The notes beneath the pieces were generated by a model. That model was not told the origin of the DNA, searched no databases, and worked only from the letters and a program-made list of their open reading frames with translations. From contig OZ176052.1 of NCBI GenBank assembly GCA_964247055.1, positions 7,192,001-7,256,000 of the forward strand: 64,000 bases of DNA, written 5' to 3'. The DNA comes from Paragordius varius. Taxonomy: Eukaryota; Animalia; Nematomorpha. Below are positions 24,701 through 37,600 of this stretch, in pieces (the first letter of the stretch is position 1; each line of letters begins with the position of its first letter). The translations under genes were made by a program, and so were the position numbers.

Positions 24701-26426
24701 ATCTTAAAAAACATATATTTTATTTAAGGGTGAATTTGAATTGTTCGAGGGTGAATTTGAATTGTTTAAGGGTGAAATTGAATTGTAAATGGTATATTTA
24801 TTATGAAAAAAACCGTTTTTATTGATTGGGAAAACGTTTTTATTGAGTGGGAAAACGTTTCTTTTGACTGGGAAAATGTTTCGATTGACTAACGTTTCCA
24901 TTGACTGGGAAAAGGTTTCGATTGATTGGGAAAACGTTTCGATTGACTGGGAAAATGTTTCGATTGACTGGGAAAACGTTTTTTTGATTGGGAAATGGTA
25001 TAGTTATTTTCCGTTTAATGTGCCAAAATAAAAAACCTGTATGCTCTCAAGTTATATAAAGTCTATACAGTATTTAATTAAATATTAAAAAAAGCTTTTT
25101 AAACTTACAGTAACAATGGCGACTCTCCGAGAAGAATAACGTCTATATGTGTATAAAAAATGCATAGAATATGGGTTTATTAAATGTTACAGTCATGTAT
25201 CCTTTATTTTATCAAAAATTAATTTTCTTCGTTAAATGGGCATAAATATTTGTTAAAAATGGGAAAACAAGAGCTCTACGGTATTAACAATATCATTTTA
25301 TTTAAAAAGTATAAGAATTACCATAGAACTTTTGTTTCTTCCATTTATTACCAAATATTGTACCCATTTAACGAATAAAAATAAATTTTTGATAAAATTA
25401 AGGATACATGACTGTAATTTATTAAACGAATACTCTATTTATAGAAAACGCTTACGTTCTTTCCAAATAATCAGATATAATCTGGAATGGATTGGGTTGA
25501 GGTGCCGTTGCACTAGTAGTAACTTCTGTAAATATTTTAAATTAATGGATATATGCTGACGATATCTATACATCCAAAAAATTGAACCTAGTTGAGAATG
25601 ACTTATTTTGAAGCTTAGAATACACTTTTGCAATTACGAATTGGGGAATTTTAGAAAATAATTTACGATTCAATTACATACACAAAACGAAAAATTAAAG
25701 GACAAATATTTTTTTAAAAAACAACCATAAGTTTTTAAAGTTTTGTTATTTCCTCAAAACTAAATAATTACATTTTAAATAATATAATTGAGTTTATTTC
25801 CAATTTATATCTCTATAATCCCCATTTCAACTCAAAACGATCAGTTGAACTTAAAAAATGTTAAAAAATATGGTTGCCTTTTTTAAAAAAATTCTCTCCT
25901 ATTTTTACATTTTGCCTGTAAATTTCAATTTTTACTGTACTTTCTACTACTATCAATATTTAAAATTAGGGGCCATAATCAGAGGCTATTACTAAAAATA
26001 TCTGCGAATACAAATTAAGAAATTAATAGATTTACAAAAACCTATCCATTTTTAAATACATAGATACGATTTCTAAAACGTTTTTGTTATTTACATATAA
26101 TGGGGGCAAACCTAAGAACTACAGAATATTATATATTATATAACCAAATTTTCAACAAGTTTTAATTCTTCCTTTATAAATTCAGAATAAACCAATGAAT
26201 TAGTTATCTTTATTAATGTTTTCAATATTTAATTTACCAACATATATTTTATAGGTTAACCACAGATACCGTATATATTATGACAATTGTTCTTGATTTA
26301 TTATATTATAAATAAATTTTTTACACCTACATTTAAAAAAATTTAAAATATAAGAGCGTAAAACTTACCTTGATTAGAAATACAGCGAACCAATGTATAG
26401 AGTAATCCGACAAATAGAACGTACAT
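15702..26426 (-). CDS. Unknown secreted protein, tandem paralog 1, 353 aa; exons 26426-26369, 25525-25456, 25142-25109, 23120-22980, 22725-22548, 20972-20888, 19150-18982, 16469-16371, 15929-15702
   Basis: GT-AG, phase-compatible chain of 1062 nt. Hydrophobic N-terminus MYVLFVGLLYTLVRC. Exons are homologous to paralogs 2 and 3 (PMC, CFEM, HSQxGG, YYDxKDICAFL, YEG, FDAxGxYN, terminal Cys). Confidence 0.85.
16710..18789 (-). mobile_element. hAT-Blackjack-type transposon copy 2 (2080 bp), perfect 8-bp TSD TATATGTC, in intron 7 of paralog 1
   Basis: tatatgtc|taaagtgaccaga ... tctggtcacctta|tatatgtc, with gcgggac subterminal repeats and a decayed transposase. Confidence 0.93.
16880..18500 (-). 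pseudogene. Fragmented hAT transposase (Blackjack copy 2)
   Basis: ADNNNTNFGG, GCAHILHNA, YCKTRWLAL and a C-terminal dimerisation-like TAA.E.VFS region, spread over several frames. Confidence 0.88.
19262..20805. mobile_element. Foldback/MITE family M5 (long imperfect inverted arms ~19262-19740 and ~20370-20805, ...CACTGTG end)
   Basis: ggcccttacgagtgattt at ~19326 mirrors aaatcactcgtaagggcc at ~20705; tagatgtgggct mirrors agcccacatcta. The left end is degenerate. Confidence 0.7.
19921..20360. mobile_element. MITE family M1 (TA|CCATTTAC...GTAAATGG|TA, arms of 21-bp ttcaaattcacccttgaacaa units), nested in M5
   Basis: TA on both flanks and inverted tandem arrays read directly. Confidence 0.88.
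21200..21690 (+). pseudogene. Possible decayed SWIM-zinc-finger transposon fragment
   Basis: YCSNGHRLTHFVAALFHI followed by TCSNRW in another frame resembles the SWIM C..H.AAL motif; multiple stops. Confidence 0.25.
22822..22928. mobile_element. Short decayed MITE, family M3 (21-bp gaaaaaatgttgcgtttggtt unit)
   Basis: Similar to 42729-42925, with inverted ends cagtcaaaagc / cttttgtctaaaaatgg. Confidence 0.65.
23786..24080. mobile_element. hAT (Charlie-like) MITE nested in M2
   Basis: Ends TAGTGGTGTCC / ggccacctccg; degenerate 8-bp TSD gactaaaa/gaataaag; same family as 48288-48578. Confidence 0.75.
24445..24792. mobile_element. MITE family M1, second copy, inserted in the right arm of M2
   Basis: TA|CCATTTACAGTTCAAATTCACCC ... 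GAATTGTAAATGG|TA. Confidence 0.88.
25165..25437. mobile_element. ~273-bp foldback MITE filling most of intron 2 of paralog 1
   Basis: acagtcatgtatcc (~25190) mirrors ggatacatgactgt (~25402); the arms are inverted along nearly the whole length. Confidence 0.75.
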
Positions 26427-28603
26427 TTTATTTTATATTTAAAAAAAATTAAAAACTGATAATATTATAAGGTATCCCTAATTTTATTTTATATGATATT
26501 AAAGAAGTTGACAAATAATTTATCATTATTGATATAATATTCAAGTTGGATCCAGTAATTTTGATTGTTCAAGGGCAAATCGGTAAAAATTTAGTTTTTT
26601 AGACATGATGAGACGACAATTAGCAGGTATTTTAAATTATATATATATGCACATTAGTAACAAATATTTATTTTATATTTATGTTGACATTGCATAAACT
26701 ATATAGTCAGTTTGTGTAAGTGATATACAATTTAAGGGAACTGCCACAAAGTAATAATTTTGTCACGAATAACCCAGATAAATATTTTAAACGTAATGTA
26801 TCAAATTTGTGCAACTCTCATCGAATATGGTGTTTTTTTGTCTTTACAATTAGATATTTATTGGCTAAAATTCATAATTTAACGAATTGGATCATCTTGT
26901 AAATTAATTCATAGGTTTCATTGGTAAAGTTTAAATTATGAAAAAATAATTTTGACAAATATAACTCGAAAATTTGAAATTTCTAAAATCAGTATTAAAA
27001 AAAAAAACAATGCCACACTAAATAAGAATCAAGTGAATTTATAATTAAAACTTTTGTTACGAAATAATTATAAAATTATGTGCCCGCTCTCTATACATTT
27101 GCGCCTTTTTTAGCCTTAAGCAAACACCAATTTTTTTTAGAATGTTCATCGTTTGCAAAAGCTAATTGAATTCCATTTATTTTAAATTAACAATTGTTGT
27201 TTTTTATTCGAAATTTAGACTAAAATATCGCGGCCTTTGTCTAATGTTTGATGAATAGAGTTATGCTTTAGACCGGTTAAAAAATATAAACCAGTTAACT
27301 CCTTATAAATGCAGTCACTCAATTCAAATAATTAATAAGAAATTATGCAAAATTAGATCAAAAAATAAGAAATCAATGCTCTAACATTAAGACGGACATA
27401 CATTATGCTTAAGTTTGATACGATAATTTATAATATTTGTTGGGCGCCTTGAGATAGACACATGTTATAGCTTTGAAAGGGTATTCATACTTCCACACTG
27501 TTTTTTACAGGTTTTTAAATGCAAAAACCCAAAAATATCATTTTCAAAACAGGAGGATCTTACAAACTAAATAATTTGACAGTATAAGCGGTTATGTTTT
27601 TTGTTTTTAAAAATATAAATCCCCTTTATCTGCTATAATGAGTAGTTTTATTTCTCAAATGCGACTTATTTATCAATGTTACATATATATGCTGAAACTA
27701 TGTTAATGGACCTTAAATTACTATGGTTAATATTTATTGTTAGTAAGTACAATCGCGAGCCACCTAAAATGCACCATCATAAAATGACATACTTAATGAC
27801 ATTTAATATTGTACCCTTACACTAAAACCTAAACGCTATATATGTATCATCGCTCTAAAGCCTAAAAGTGCTATAAGGGCCTAAGGAATGCTTTGGTCAG
27901 ATTGCGATAATTATCAAGTGACAAACATATGTTTTAAAACTGAGTAGTAATTTTATATAGTTGACTAAGTTACGGTCATTGATGCAAAACCTATCAGACT
28001 TTATATATGACTAACACAAAGGGGTATAATTTTGATGTGCAATATTTATTTACTTGGGAATGATTTGGGAGAAGACCACCCATAGCATTTATCATTTATT
28101 TGATTTTTGGACATTAATTTGTCCAATTTTTGTAGACTAATTAGTTATTTCTAGCATTAGATATATAATTTCACATTTGGCACTATGAGCATTAGACTGT
28201 AAAAACAATTACATAATAAGTCCCTCTTAAATTACTACTTCATAGCAATGTTCCTATGCTATATCGATAAACTAAAATTTGTGTATATTCCTAATATATC
28301 AATATCGTATTTTTTTATACACTTTTGCATTCACTCCTTATAAAATGAAATTTTTTTGGGTTCCGTCAAGCATACCAAGAAGGGTTTGTATAGAAACCCA
28401 ATGTTTTTTGTTAAATGTGTATTTATTTTTTTATTTATAGTATTTATTAAAATAATAAAAATGTACAATCACAAGACCGTTTCCATTAGTTTATTTGATT
28501 TGATTGGACATAATTATTTAAAGTATTACCATCCCTACTCAATTATTATTAATCAAAAACTATGTTTATTCCAATTTGGGTTAATTAAAACATAACTGAT
28601 TCA

Positions 28604-31600
28604 TTAATGTCCCTTTTTACATAGAGCTAATGGTTTTGGAACGTAGATATAGATTGGATCAAATTTAATTGCCGGGATATCTTGATTTTCAGTTATCCTT
28701 TGTTCATAATTCGTGACAATGTAAGATTCATAAAAATTGAATTGAGTTCGACCATTATGTTCTGCCGTGTATACGTTAACTCCATCCTTATTTTGTTTCA
28801 CTATAATCTAAACATATTTAATTTTTGTAAATTGGAGATTATAGAATTGTTGGTGCTTTATTAGCAATTACTCCGTGAAATAATGTAATAAATAAAATTA
28901 AATGAAAATTAATTGAATATTATCCAACTGTGCAATTGTAATCTAAATGCAGTTGATACTACGAATTTTTATTAAATTTATATAAAATTTACGAAATTAA
29001 ACTAAAAAGTTTGACATAAATACTAGGTTTTAACCATCCGTTTTATTTTTTGGAGATAATAACTGTTCATATTTTATTATTATATTGATACAATATACCA
29101 ATAAAGCGACAAAAAAATAAAGTTTATATTTATTAAGCTATATCAATAAAGGATTGTCGGTTTTTTACTTAATAAATATTACAAGCATCATTTACAAGAG
29201 TAATCTAGACAAAACGTAAAAATATAAAGACAAATATTTTTTTTAAAGATAACCATTTTTCAATCTTAATTTTTTATATATAAATTAGTGTTTAGCATTT
29301 CTAAATATGAAATTGAGATGTTATAAATAACATAATCAATTACATATAAGATTGTATAAATAATTTATTTTGGAAATATATAGAGTCTTGAAAAAGGATT
29401 GTTGTCTTTTGAAAAAAAAATATTTGTCTTATATTTTTACGTTTTGTCCGGATGATTTTCATTTTCATTGTAAATTGACTATTAGTCTAATAAGCCATTT
29501 ACGATATGATTCACTTATATTAATAAAAAAACTGTAATATATACTTGTTTATATTTATAGGTATCAAATTTTTTGAATTCAGACGTGTTGTAAATATTGC
29601 TAATCGTGAAATGGTTGTATGGGCCGGTGGCATCAAATGTCGTCTAAATTAAATTATTGATGATATGATGGAAATTTTTTAGAGTATAATAAAAAGCCAA
29701 TAAATTAAATTTACACACTACTATGCATATGAGCGTGTTTGAAAATCTCTGAGGAATTTTTTGTCATAATTATTTTATTACTTGGCAAGTGAGTGAGTGT
29801 CTAAAGATTTCAAGCTTCCAGTTTTACTATATTTATCGAACTATGCGTTTTATTTATATATATTAGGAGAAAATTTTAAAATCGGTTAAAGTTTTTTGTT
29901 TGGTTTATCAAAGAAAAAATCTAAATTTTAAAAAACATTTTTCCATATAGGACATTCACATTGATAATGATAAAATGAATATAATAGAAGATTAATTAGC
30001 CAAGATAGTACAAGATTTTAACATAAATAATAATTTTCATTTTTTTATTCTTCTTTTTTAATTCATTTTAATCAACTTAAATCGAGTCGGGTAATAATAT
30101 TTATTTATATATTCGTTGCTTGAATTGGAGTGGTTAACATGAGAATCAAAAATAAATTCAATAGAATTTAATGTTATTTTGGTTGTAAAACTACGTTGGA
30201 ACTGGTCATAAAATGGTTTTATAGTCAAATTTTTTTTACGGGAAACACTTCACAGTTTTTCATCTTAAGTATGGTTAAAAATAAATTTTTGGCGTTTAAA
30301 TATGTTGTATTAACAAACGTAGTCAAATTGAGTCATTGGACAATTATTTAAGTAAATAGCCTGAAATAGTCATATTATAAAGTGAAATACATCTAGTAAA
30401 AGCGCTTCAAAAAATATATAGTTGATTGTATAGGAAAAAATATAAATTTATATGGTTGTGGTTAATGGTATGATATAGAAATAATAGGATTATAATGGGA
30501 CAATATCTAGGGTGACCAGATTTTTCAATGAAAAAAGCGGGACAACTCTGAACGGAAGGGGGAGGAGGTTACTATCAAAAAATTTTCAACAAAAAATAAT
30601 GTCATAATATTTTAAAAATAATACAATTTATAAGTATAAAAAAATGTATATGTCATTCGTTAATATATTTTTTATTTGAGTGAATTTGGAGCAGGTTGTT
30701 ATCATTTTTTAATATATTATGAAAATCTTCACAGAATTTGTTAAATTATATTTGACAATAAAATGGCTTTTAGAGTTTGAACATTTAATTTTAATTTTTT
30801 TAATGTCCACACTTGATTTACTCTAAAAACGCGTTCAATCGCAGCGTTAGTTCCAGGTAAAGGAGATTGTGAATTTCACAATTTTTAAAACAATATTGTG
30901 AGGAATGTAGTTTCTTTCAAAATGATGAAATATTTTCAACCATTTGTCCTCTACTGTTATTTTTTCTGATGCCCAATATTTGAGCTTTTCCTTATCAATA
31001 TATTTTTAACCAATGATACTTTAAAAAGATCATTTTCAGAAATATGACTATTTGGGAATTTTAAAGAAATATAACAAATGGTATAAAGCCTTTTTATATA
31101 GCTCAGAATATCCTGACGGTTTATTGCATCTTGCTCTTCGAGCTCGTTAATACTATTGCGAATAGTAAATGGCAAAAAATTATTTTCTAACCTCTCTTGA
31201 TATTGGTATTTTAAAAACTTCATTTGCTACTTCGATTGCAGATAATTTGTCACCCGTTTTAAAAAAGAGCAGCTTGATTTTGTAAATATACTAGCCATAT
31301 TTTTGAAGATTCACTTTCAAAAAACTTTGCTAAAATTTTAAGACATTAATCTTGCTATAGAAAGTAGGATTTCAAGGGATCATACATTTTCAAATTTCGA
31401 GAGTTGGCAGAAGAGCTAACCAACGCATTTTACAGTCCAAGTATTTTCTGAAATTCAACTTCCTCATTTTCACAAAATTCTTTAAGCATTTCAATGCGTA
31501 CAGCGTATATATGGAAAAAAGAATATATTTTAACAACAACATTTTCCACTTCTTCTGGTAACAAATCAGTAGCTGTTTGAATAGCGTTATGCATTATATG

Positions 31601-34600
31601 CGCTGCTCACCCAACACCAATAATATTTTGATTCAGATCTTTCGCTAATTTATAAAAAAATATTGTTTGTGCCTCTTCTCGCCTTTCGTCCGAAATTAGT
31701 ATTCGTATTGTCAGCACGGTATGCGATAATTTTTTGTTTTAAATTATTTTTTCCAAAATATCAATGATAGAACTAAAAATTATTTTAGAATTTTCACCGG
31801 GTAAAGGAATAAAATCTAAAATTTTAATTTTAACCCCAGTATCTGAATCAAATTATCTTATGATGCTTGGAATTTTTTTTATATATTTATGATTGCGTCA
31901 GAATATATGGATATGAAATTAATTTTTTGTAAATTATTTTTTATTTTTGAAAATGCGTATGGGGAAAGCACATTACATACTATTGTCTCAGCCTTTGTTC
32001 TAGCACAAATAAATTTTTTATTAAAAAGCTTTCTGATAACTTGTGATGTACAATCCATAGATCTAAAGGAATGATTGTTATTAACAGCAGCGTGAAATCA
32101 TATAAGTTCTGCTAATGCTAAATTATTTTTTTAACTTCATAAGTTGTTTTTTTAAAAAATCTGGCATTTTGGAAGATGATGCAGCAGTATTTAAACATCT
32201 CCAAATCTTTTGATATCTCATTCTTTCCGCCGTGAATACCAAATTCGCCGTTACATGTTTGACATTTAATGTAGTTTTTTTAGATTTTTTAATAAAGGGA
32301 TCACTTCTTAAATCATCGGTGAGTTTACATCCTCTTCTCGTGCTCATTTTGTTAAAAATATCAAATAAATTATATCAATATATATATAAATAACTATTTT
32401 TTATGATAAGGGTAAGTAGCAGACTTGATTTGTTCAATTAGCACGGACACAAAAAAGCGAAAAACAATAAGTTTAATATAAAATTATCTGGATTTTAAAA
32501 GTCGGGACTTTTAAAAAAAGTAGTGGGGCGTGGGACAAATGGTAAAAGGGGACTGTCCCGCCAAAAACGGGACGTCTGGTCACCTTAAAAATATCCCTTT
32601 CACCGTCAAATAAACTTTCCGTTATTTCATAAACTAGATTTGATTTTACTAAAATATGTATAGGGTCAGTACCGTAATTTTATTTTGTTTTTTGTTATAA
32701 AGAATAACCTAACAGTTAATTTACGCTTAATGACTGGATTGAAAAATTTAACGCTAAATTTTTTTCAAATTATACACAAACATAAAAACTTAAAGACAAA
32801 AAATATTTTTATTTAAAAGACAACAACTTATCATCTTGCGTTGCAAAAAAGGGTATTTAAATTATACACTCAGTTATATACAGTATGAGTAACTATATTA
32901 ATTATATATTGCCAGATAACATATGCGGCAAAGAGCCTTATTATTGGCTAATAGAGTAAAAAGCAAAAATTACAATTACACGATATCATTTATGCTAGCC
33001 TATTCACATTATTGTTGGTCGATTGGCGCACTAGAGTATGGGTAAAAACGAAGAAGTGTTAAAATTAAACAATTGTTTTCATTTTTCTTCATTTAAATAT
33101 GGACCAAATTTGTTTTATAACACACGCTACTGTATTACCAATTGGCGAATAGTGCATAAATGTGATAGTGTGTTTTGTCCTTTTAATATTATCTGGTAAT
33201 AATTGATGAAAAACTAGAAATGAATTTTTACTCCACGGTAATTCATAATTGTAATTATAGTAAACACATCTATTCCGGATTATTTACATTATAATTGGTC
33301 AATTGGCAAAACAGTAGTGAGAAAATTTAACAAAATATTTGATATTAAACAATTATCTTTTATAAAATAATATGAATAGGCCTGCATAAATGTGTATACC
33401 GAATATAGTTTATATAGGGAAACAAGGTTTGAAAAAGTATGGTTATTTGTCTTTTAGTTATGTTTTATCTGTATAGGTTTATTTTTTACTATATTTATTT
33501 TATTCTTGTTAAATTAGGTTAGGGTTTAGTTTTGGCCATGATTGCTACATTTAAATGTGACAAGTGTTTTTTGTATTTTTTAGCATAGTTTATCTTTATT
33601 GTAATCGAATATGTGTGAATTATATATTATATAAAGTAAACATTGCTAGTATTCATCAATTATTGCTAGTCAAAAACAGCTATTTTTGTTTTTAAAGCTC
33701 TTCGCTGTAATGCTATCCAGAAATTATTTGATGAAAAAACTAGCAATTTATAGTTACTCACACTGATTGAAAAATTTTACCAGGTATACCCTTATAAACA
33801 TCTCACCTCTTTAGTGTACATAACGAAATCGCCTTTCGCTTCAAAGTTTTTGATAGGTTCTAAACTCAAGGTATGGCTTCTTAAATGTTTGTCCAGCGGT
33901 AATGTAAAGTAATGGGACACAACTCCTTCATAAACTATATCGTTGGTTTTGCTTAATTGCAAATTTCTAAATAGTGGTATAAATTTAGTGAGTCTCCTAA
34001 AATTAGATAATAAATTATAAAAAATAATAATTTTTTTTCTCCAAAATATATTTTATAATTATTGGCTATATTTAAAAAGGTAACAAATTAATTTTTTAAA
34101 ATAGAACCACTAATAAAATGCTTTTGGATTGTTTTAATATAATGAAAAAATATTATGCATGTGAAACGGATTATATTTTTTCTTTATTCACCAATTAAAA
34201 GACCATTATCACTAATAATTTTACTGTTTAATATTCTAAAAAATATCCAAAATTATAATAAGAAAAAAGATTTGGCACTTATATTGCTATCAGTGGTAGT
34301 TTCATAACTGTTTTTTAATTTACAGATATTTATACTTTAAATAATTACGTCGAACAAACTTAAAAATAAACAAACCATAAAAAAGCTCTTTTAGGGCCGC
34401 TTAAGCATCACTCGTTTAAATTATTAATTATCTGAATCGTAACATTTTAAATAAATTTATTTCTGCTAAAACAGTATAAGCGGATTATGCTTATGTAATT
34501 AGCAACATATTTAATTTTTATATTTATATAGGTTTCGATATTTATCGATTGATTTAATAAAAAATGATATTAAACCTGTATAATACGCCATTACTATAGA

Positions 34601-37600
34601 TATTGTAAGTTTGTGAATCAACCAAAAAGGCACAGATATCTTTGATGTCATAGTATTCATCTAAAATTAGTAAATGTCATATATTATTATATATGTGTAT
34701 ATTTTGTAAATATGGTTTAATTATAATAACAGTTGTTAAAATCCGTAAGATAGCGATAAAGGAAAATTAAAAAGAATTAAATGAAAGTATAAATAGAAAT
34801 TATAAACGGTATGTAAAACCCTTCGTCAATAGTAATCGCAGACTAGTTTCGTGCTTGTTAGCACTCATCAGTAGGACACAACTATTTGACTTTGGGTTTT
34901 CACATATCGCGTATATATATCCAACTTTGCAATTTTGGTATAAATGCAGTTGGTTATACGAATTTAAATTAAATTTAATGAAATATTACAATTATTAGAC
35001 CGTACAACTTCTAAAAACTACAGATAGCAATAATTTATTCTGATATATTAGGTATCTTTGTTTGCAAATGATCGTTTTAGTACAGGGCTTCTTAGGACGC
35101 GAGTTACAAAAATACAATTTAACAAAAAATGTTTTTCAACTTGTAAAATTATTGTTATAAAGAAAAATAACAATCATCGTAGATAAATATATCATAAAAT
35201 TTTCTGGTTCGGAAAGACTGTTTATACCAGCATTTCTATTCCGATCATTTTAATCTATATAATTATAAAAATAAAAAATGCTGGCTTTGTGATCTGTTTC
35301 CGGAAAACCGGTCGACCCATTCAAATCCAAATGTCGAAAAATATAATTATTAATCAACGCCCTGACAATAGCTCGTCCTTTTTTGGATTAGGCCCCAGTT
35401 TGGGCCCACCCAGTGTAAAAAACGGGTTTTTTTGAAAACAAAAGTCCCATAAATCATGTATTTGAGATAATTTTTAGGAAACCGTCCTGGACCATTCAAT
35501 TTCAAATATATTTTTTTTTACTTTTTTTGATTGCGCCGAACCTAGTCGGCTTACTTATTTAATTTAGGCTCTCTTTTTACCCGTTCCCCCCGTAAAATGC
35601 CATTTTTTTAAAAAAAACTAAATTTTTTGCCCAGGGTATGAGATCGTTAATATTCACTGAGGATTCGAGTTCTCTGCTAAAAGGAAAAAATTTTAGTCTT
35701 GCGTTTTTTAAATATTGGCTGCTGGGTAAACAGATCGCCGCTAAAACTGCGCCACTATATAGAAAATGCGTTGTTTTGGAGCTAATTTACAGAAAATTAA
35801 ATCCATATGAGCTCATTAAAAGCTTGAAATATTACCCGTAACTAGGTAAAAATTAAGGTCGGGTTTTTTTATTAGCCGTTAATTTGGGGCCTTTATGCCC
35901 TAAAACGCCATCATATAACGATTTTTTAGTGTTGAGGTATTTTTTCGAATAACCCATGAGACGATGGTATCAAAGATGATTCCAAATATTTGCCCTATAA
36001 AGGCAAAGAATTTACAGCGCTTTTTCCATACAGGTCTATGGTTAGGGGTCTACCGGTTTAAAACTGAGATGTCATACAAAATAGGCGTGGCTTTGGAGCT
36101 AATTAAAAAACTTAAGAAGCCGAAGCCATATTAGTTCAGTTATATACACATTTCTGGGGAATTTGTATAATATCATTCTTTCCTTTAAAAAGGGATTACA
36201 AATGATTTACTTTTTATATCTCTTGATCCCAGCTGTATGAACACAATTTCAAATTAGAACTTTTAACCATGATTTCGCTAAACCAAAATCTTAAAATAAA
36301 TCTAATGATAGTTGAATATTAACTTTAATAAGGAACAGATATGGTCAATTTCGAGTAAACAATATTTCAGCCTATGCAAAAACCCGTAAAAAAATAATTA
36401 AAGACATTCTTTTTATTAAATAAAAGAATCATATTTAAAATTGAATGGTCCAACACGTTCTCCGGAAAATTGTCTCAAAGACACGATTTTTGTGGACTTC
36501 TGTTTTCAAAAAAAACCCGTTTTTCATACGGGGTGGGCCCGAACTGGGGGCCTATTTCAAAAAAAGGGCGAAGCTATTGTCGGGGCATTCATTAATGATT
36601 ATATTTTTTCGATATTTGGATTTGATTGGGTCTACCGGTTTTCCTGTAGCAGATCACAAAGCCAGCATTTTTCATTTTTATAAATATATAAATGTTTATT
36701 ATTATTTTTTATCTCCATTAACTCTATTTATTGCAATTTATTAAGAATAATTATCGGTGAGACTACGCCACACCAAAGCGTGACAGGGCCAGCTAGTATC
36801 TTGTATAAATTTACAATGAATCAGAAAATGTTATAGAAATTTATAAAAAATTTTGATTTATTTTTGTCCTCTCATAACCAAAATAATCTTGATAATATTA
36901 TTAACAAAATTTCTAAGTGTTATTTCGAACAAATTATTATTTTATATTTGGTGGGGTCGTTAAGAAACTCGCAATCATAAATGGGGTCGTGAGCTACAAA
37001 AGTTTAAGAAGCCCTGTTTTAGTATTACAGAGATTTTAAAAAATATATATTATTATATTCCATATTAAATCAAATTTAAAATTTTTTCGCACTTTTAGTA
37101 ATAAATTTGTAAGGAGGCAAATTCCATACAAACCGATTTTGAACGAATTCATTTACCGCGTTTTAGATAGTATAATTTCTAAATTACATTCGATTTAAAT
37201 AATCTTAAGCACTTATTTTTATATAAAAACATTTGGCTTTGGTTAAAGATTAGACGACATTTTATTAAGTTCTAATGTAAATGATTTTCTATCATAAAAA
37301 TAAATTTACTTCGTGTGGGTTTTAAGAAATATTCGAAAGAAAGTGTGACTGAAACGTTTAGGTCGTTGTTATATTGTGGATATGGCAGCACTCCAACCCC
37401 TCCTTCTTGAGAATGCAAAATTTTTATGATGTTAAAGTTTTCGTAATATTCTCGCATTATAACTACACCATTTAAGTTCAATGCAACAATCTAAATTTTA
37501 CAAAATTATTAGAGATTGTCCACTAGTATTTCAATCTGAGAATCTTTTTACCGCTATTTATATTGGATTAAGCTAAAAAAATATATAAAAAGCGAAGGTC

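Larger units (their letters stand above)
23408..24998. mobile_element. Complete MITE, family M2 (TA|CCGTTT...AAATGG|TA) with two nested elements, in intron 3 of paralog 1
   Basis: Inverted 21-bp arrays at 23420-23540 and 24815-24995 plus a further ~130 bp of inverted sequence; TA flanks. Confidence 0.88.

Noticed and set aside
19921-24998. Regular short repeats resembling a CRISPR array
   Set aside because: The units are contiguous with no unique spacers, form inverted arms with TA flanks, there are no cas genes, and the context is eukaryotic.
30060-30215. Minus frame ending RFKLIKMN as exon 7 of paralog 2
   Set aside because: It hits a stop, and the true homologous exon is at 33966-33807.
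37289-37309. Apparent 21-nt GT-AG intron after exon 5 of paralog 2
   Set aside because: Splicing there gives a stop within five codons; the next homologous exon is at 34660.
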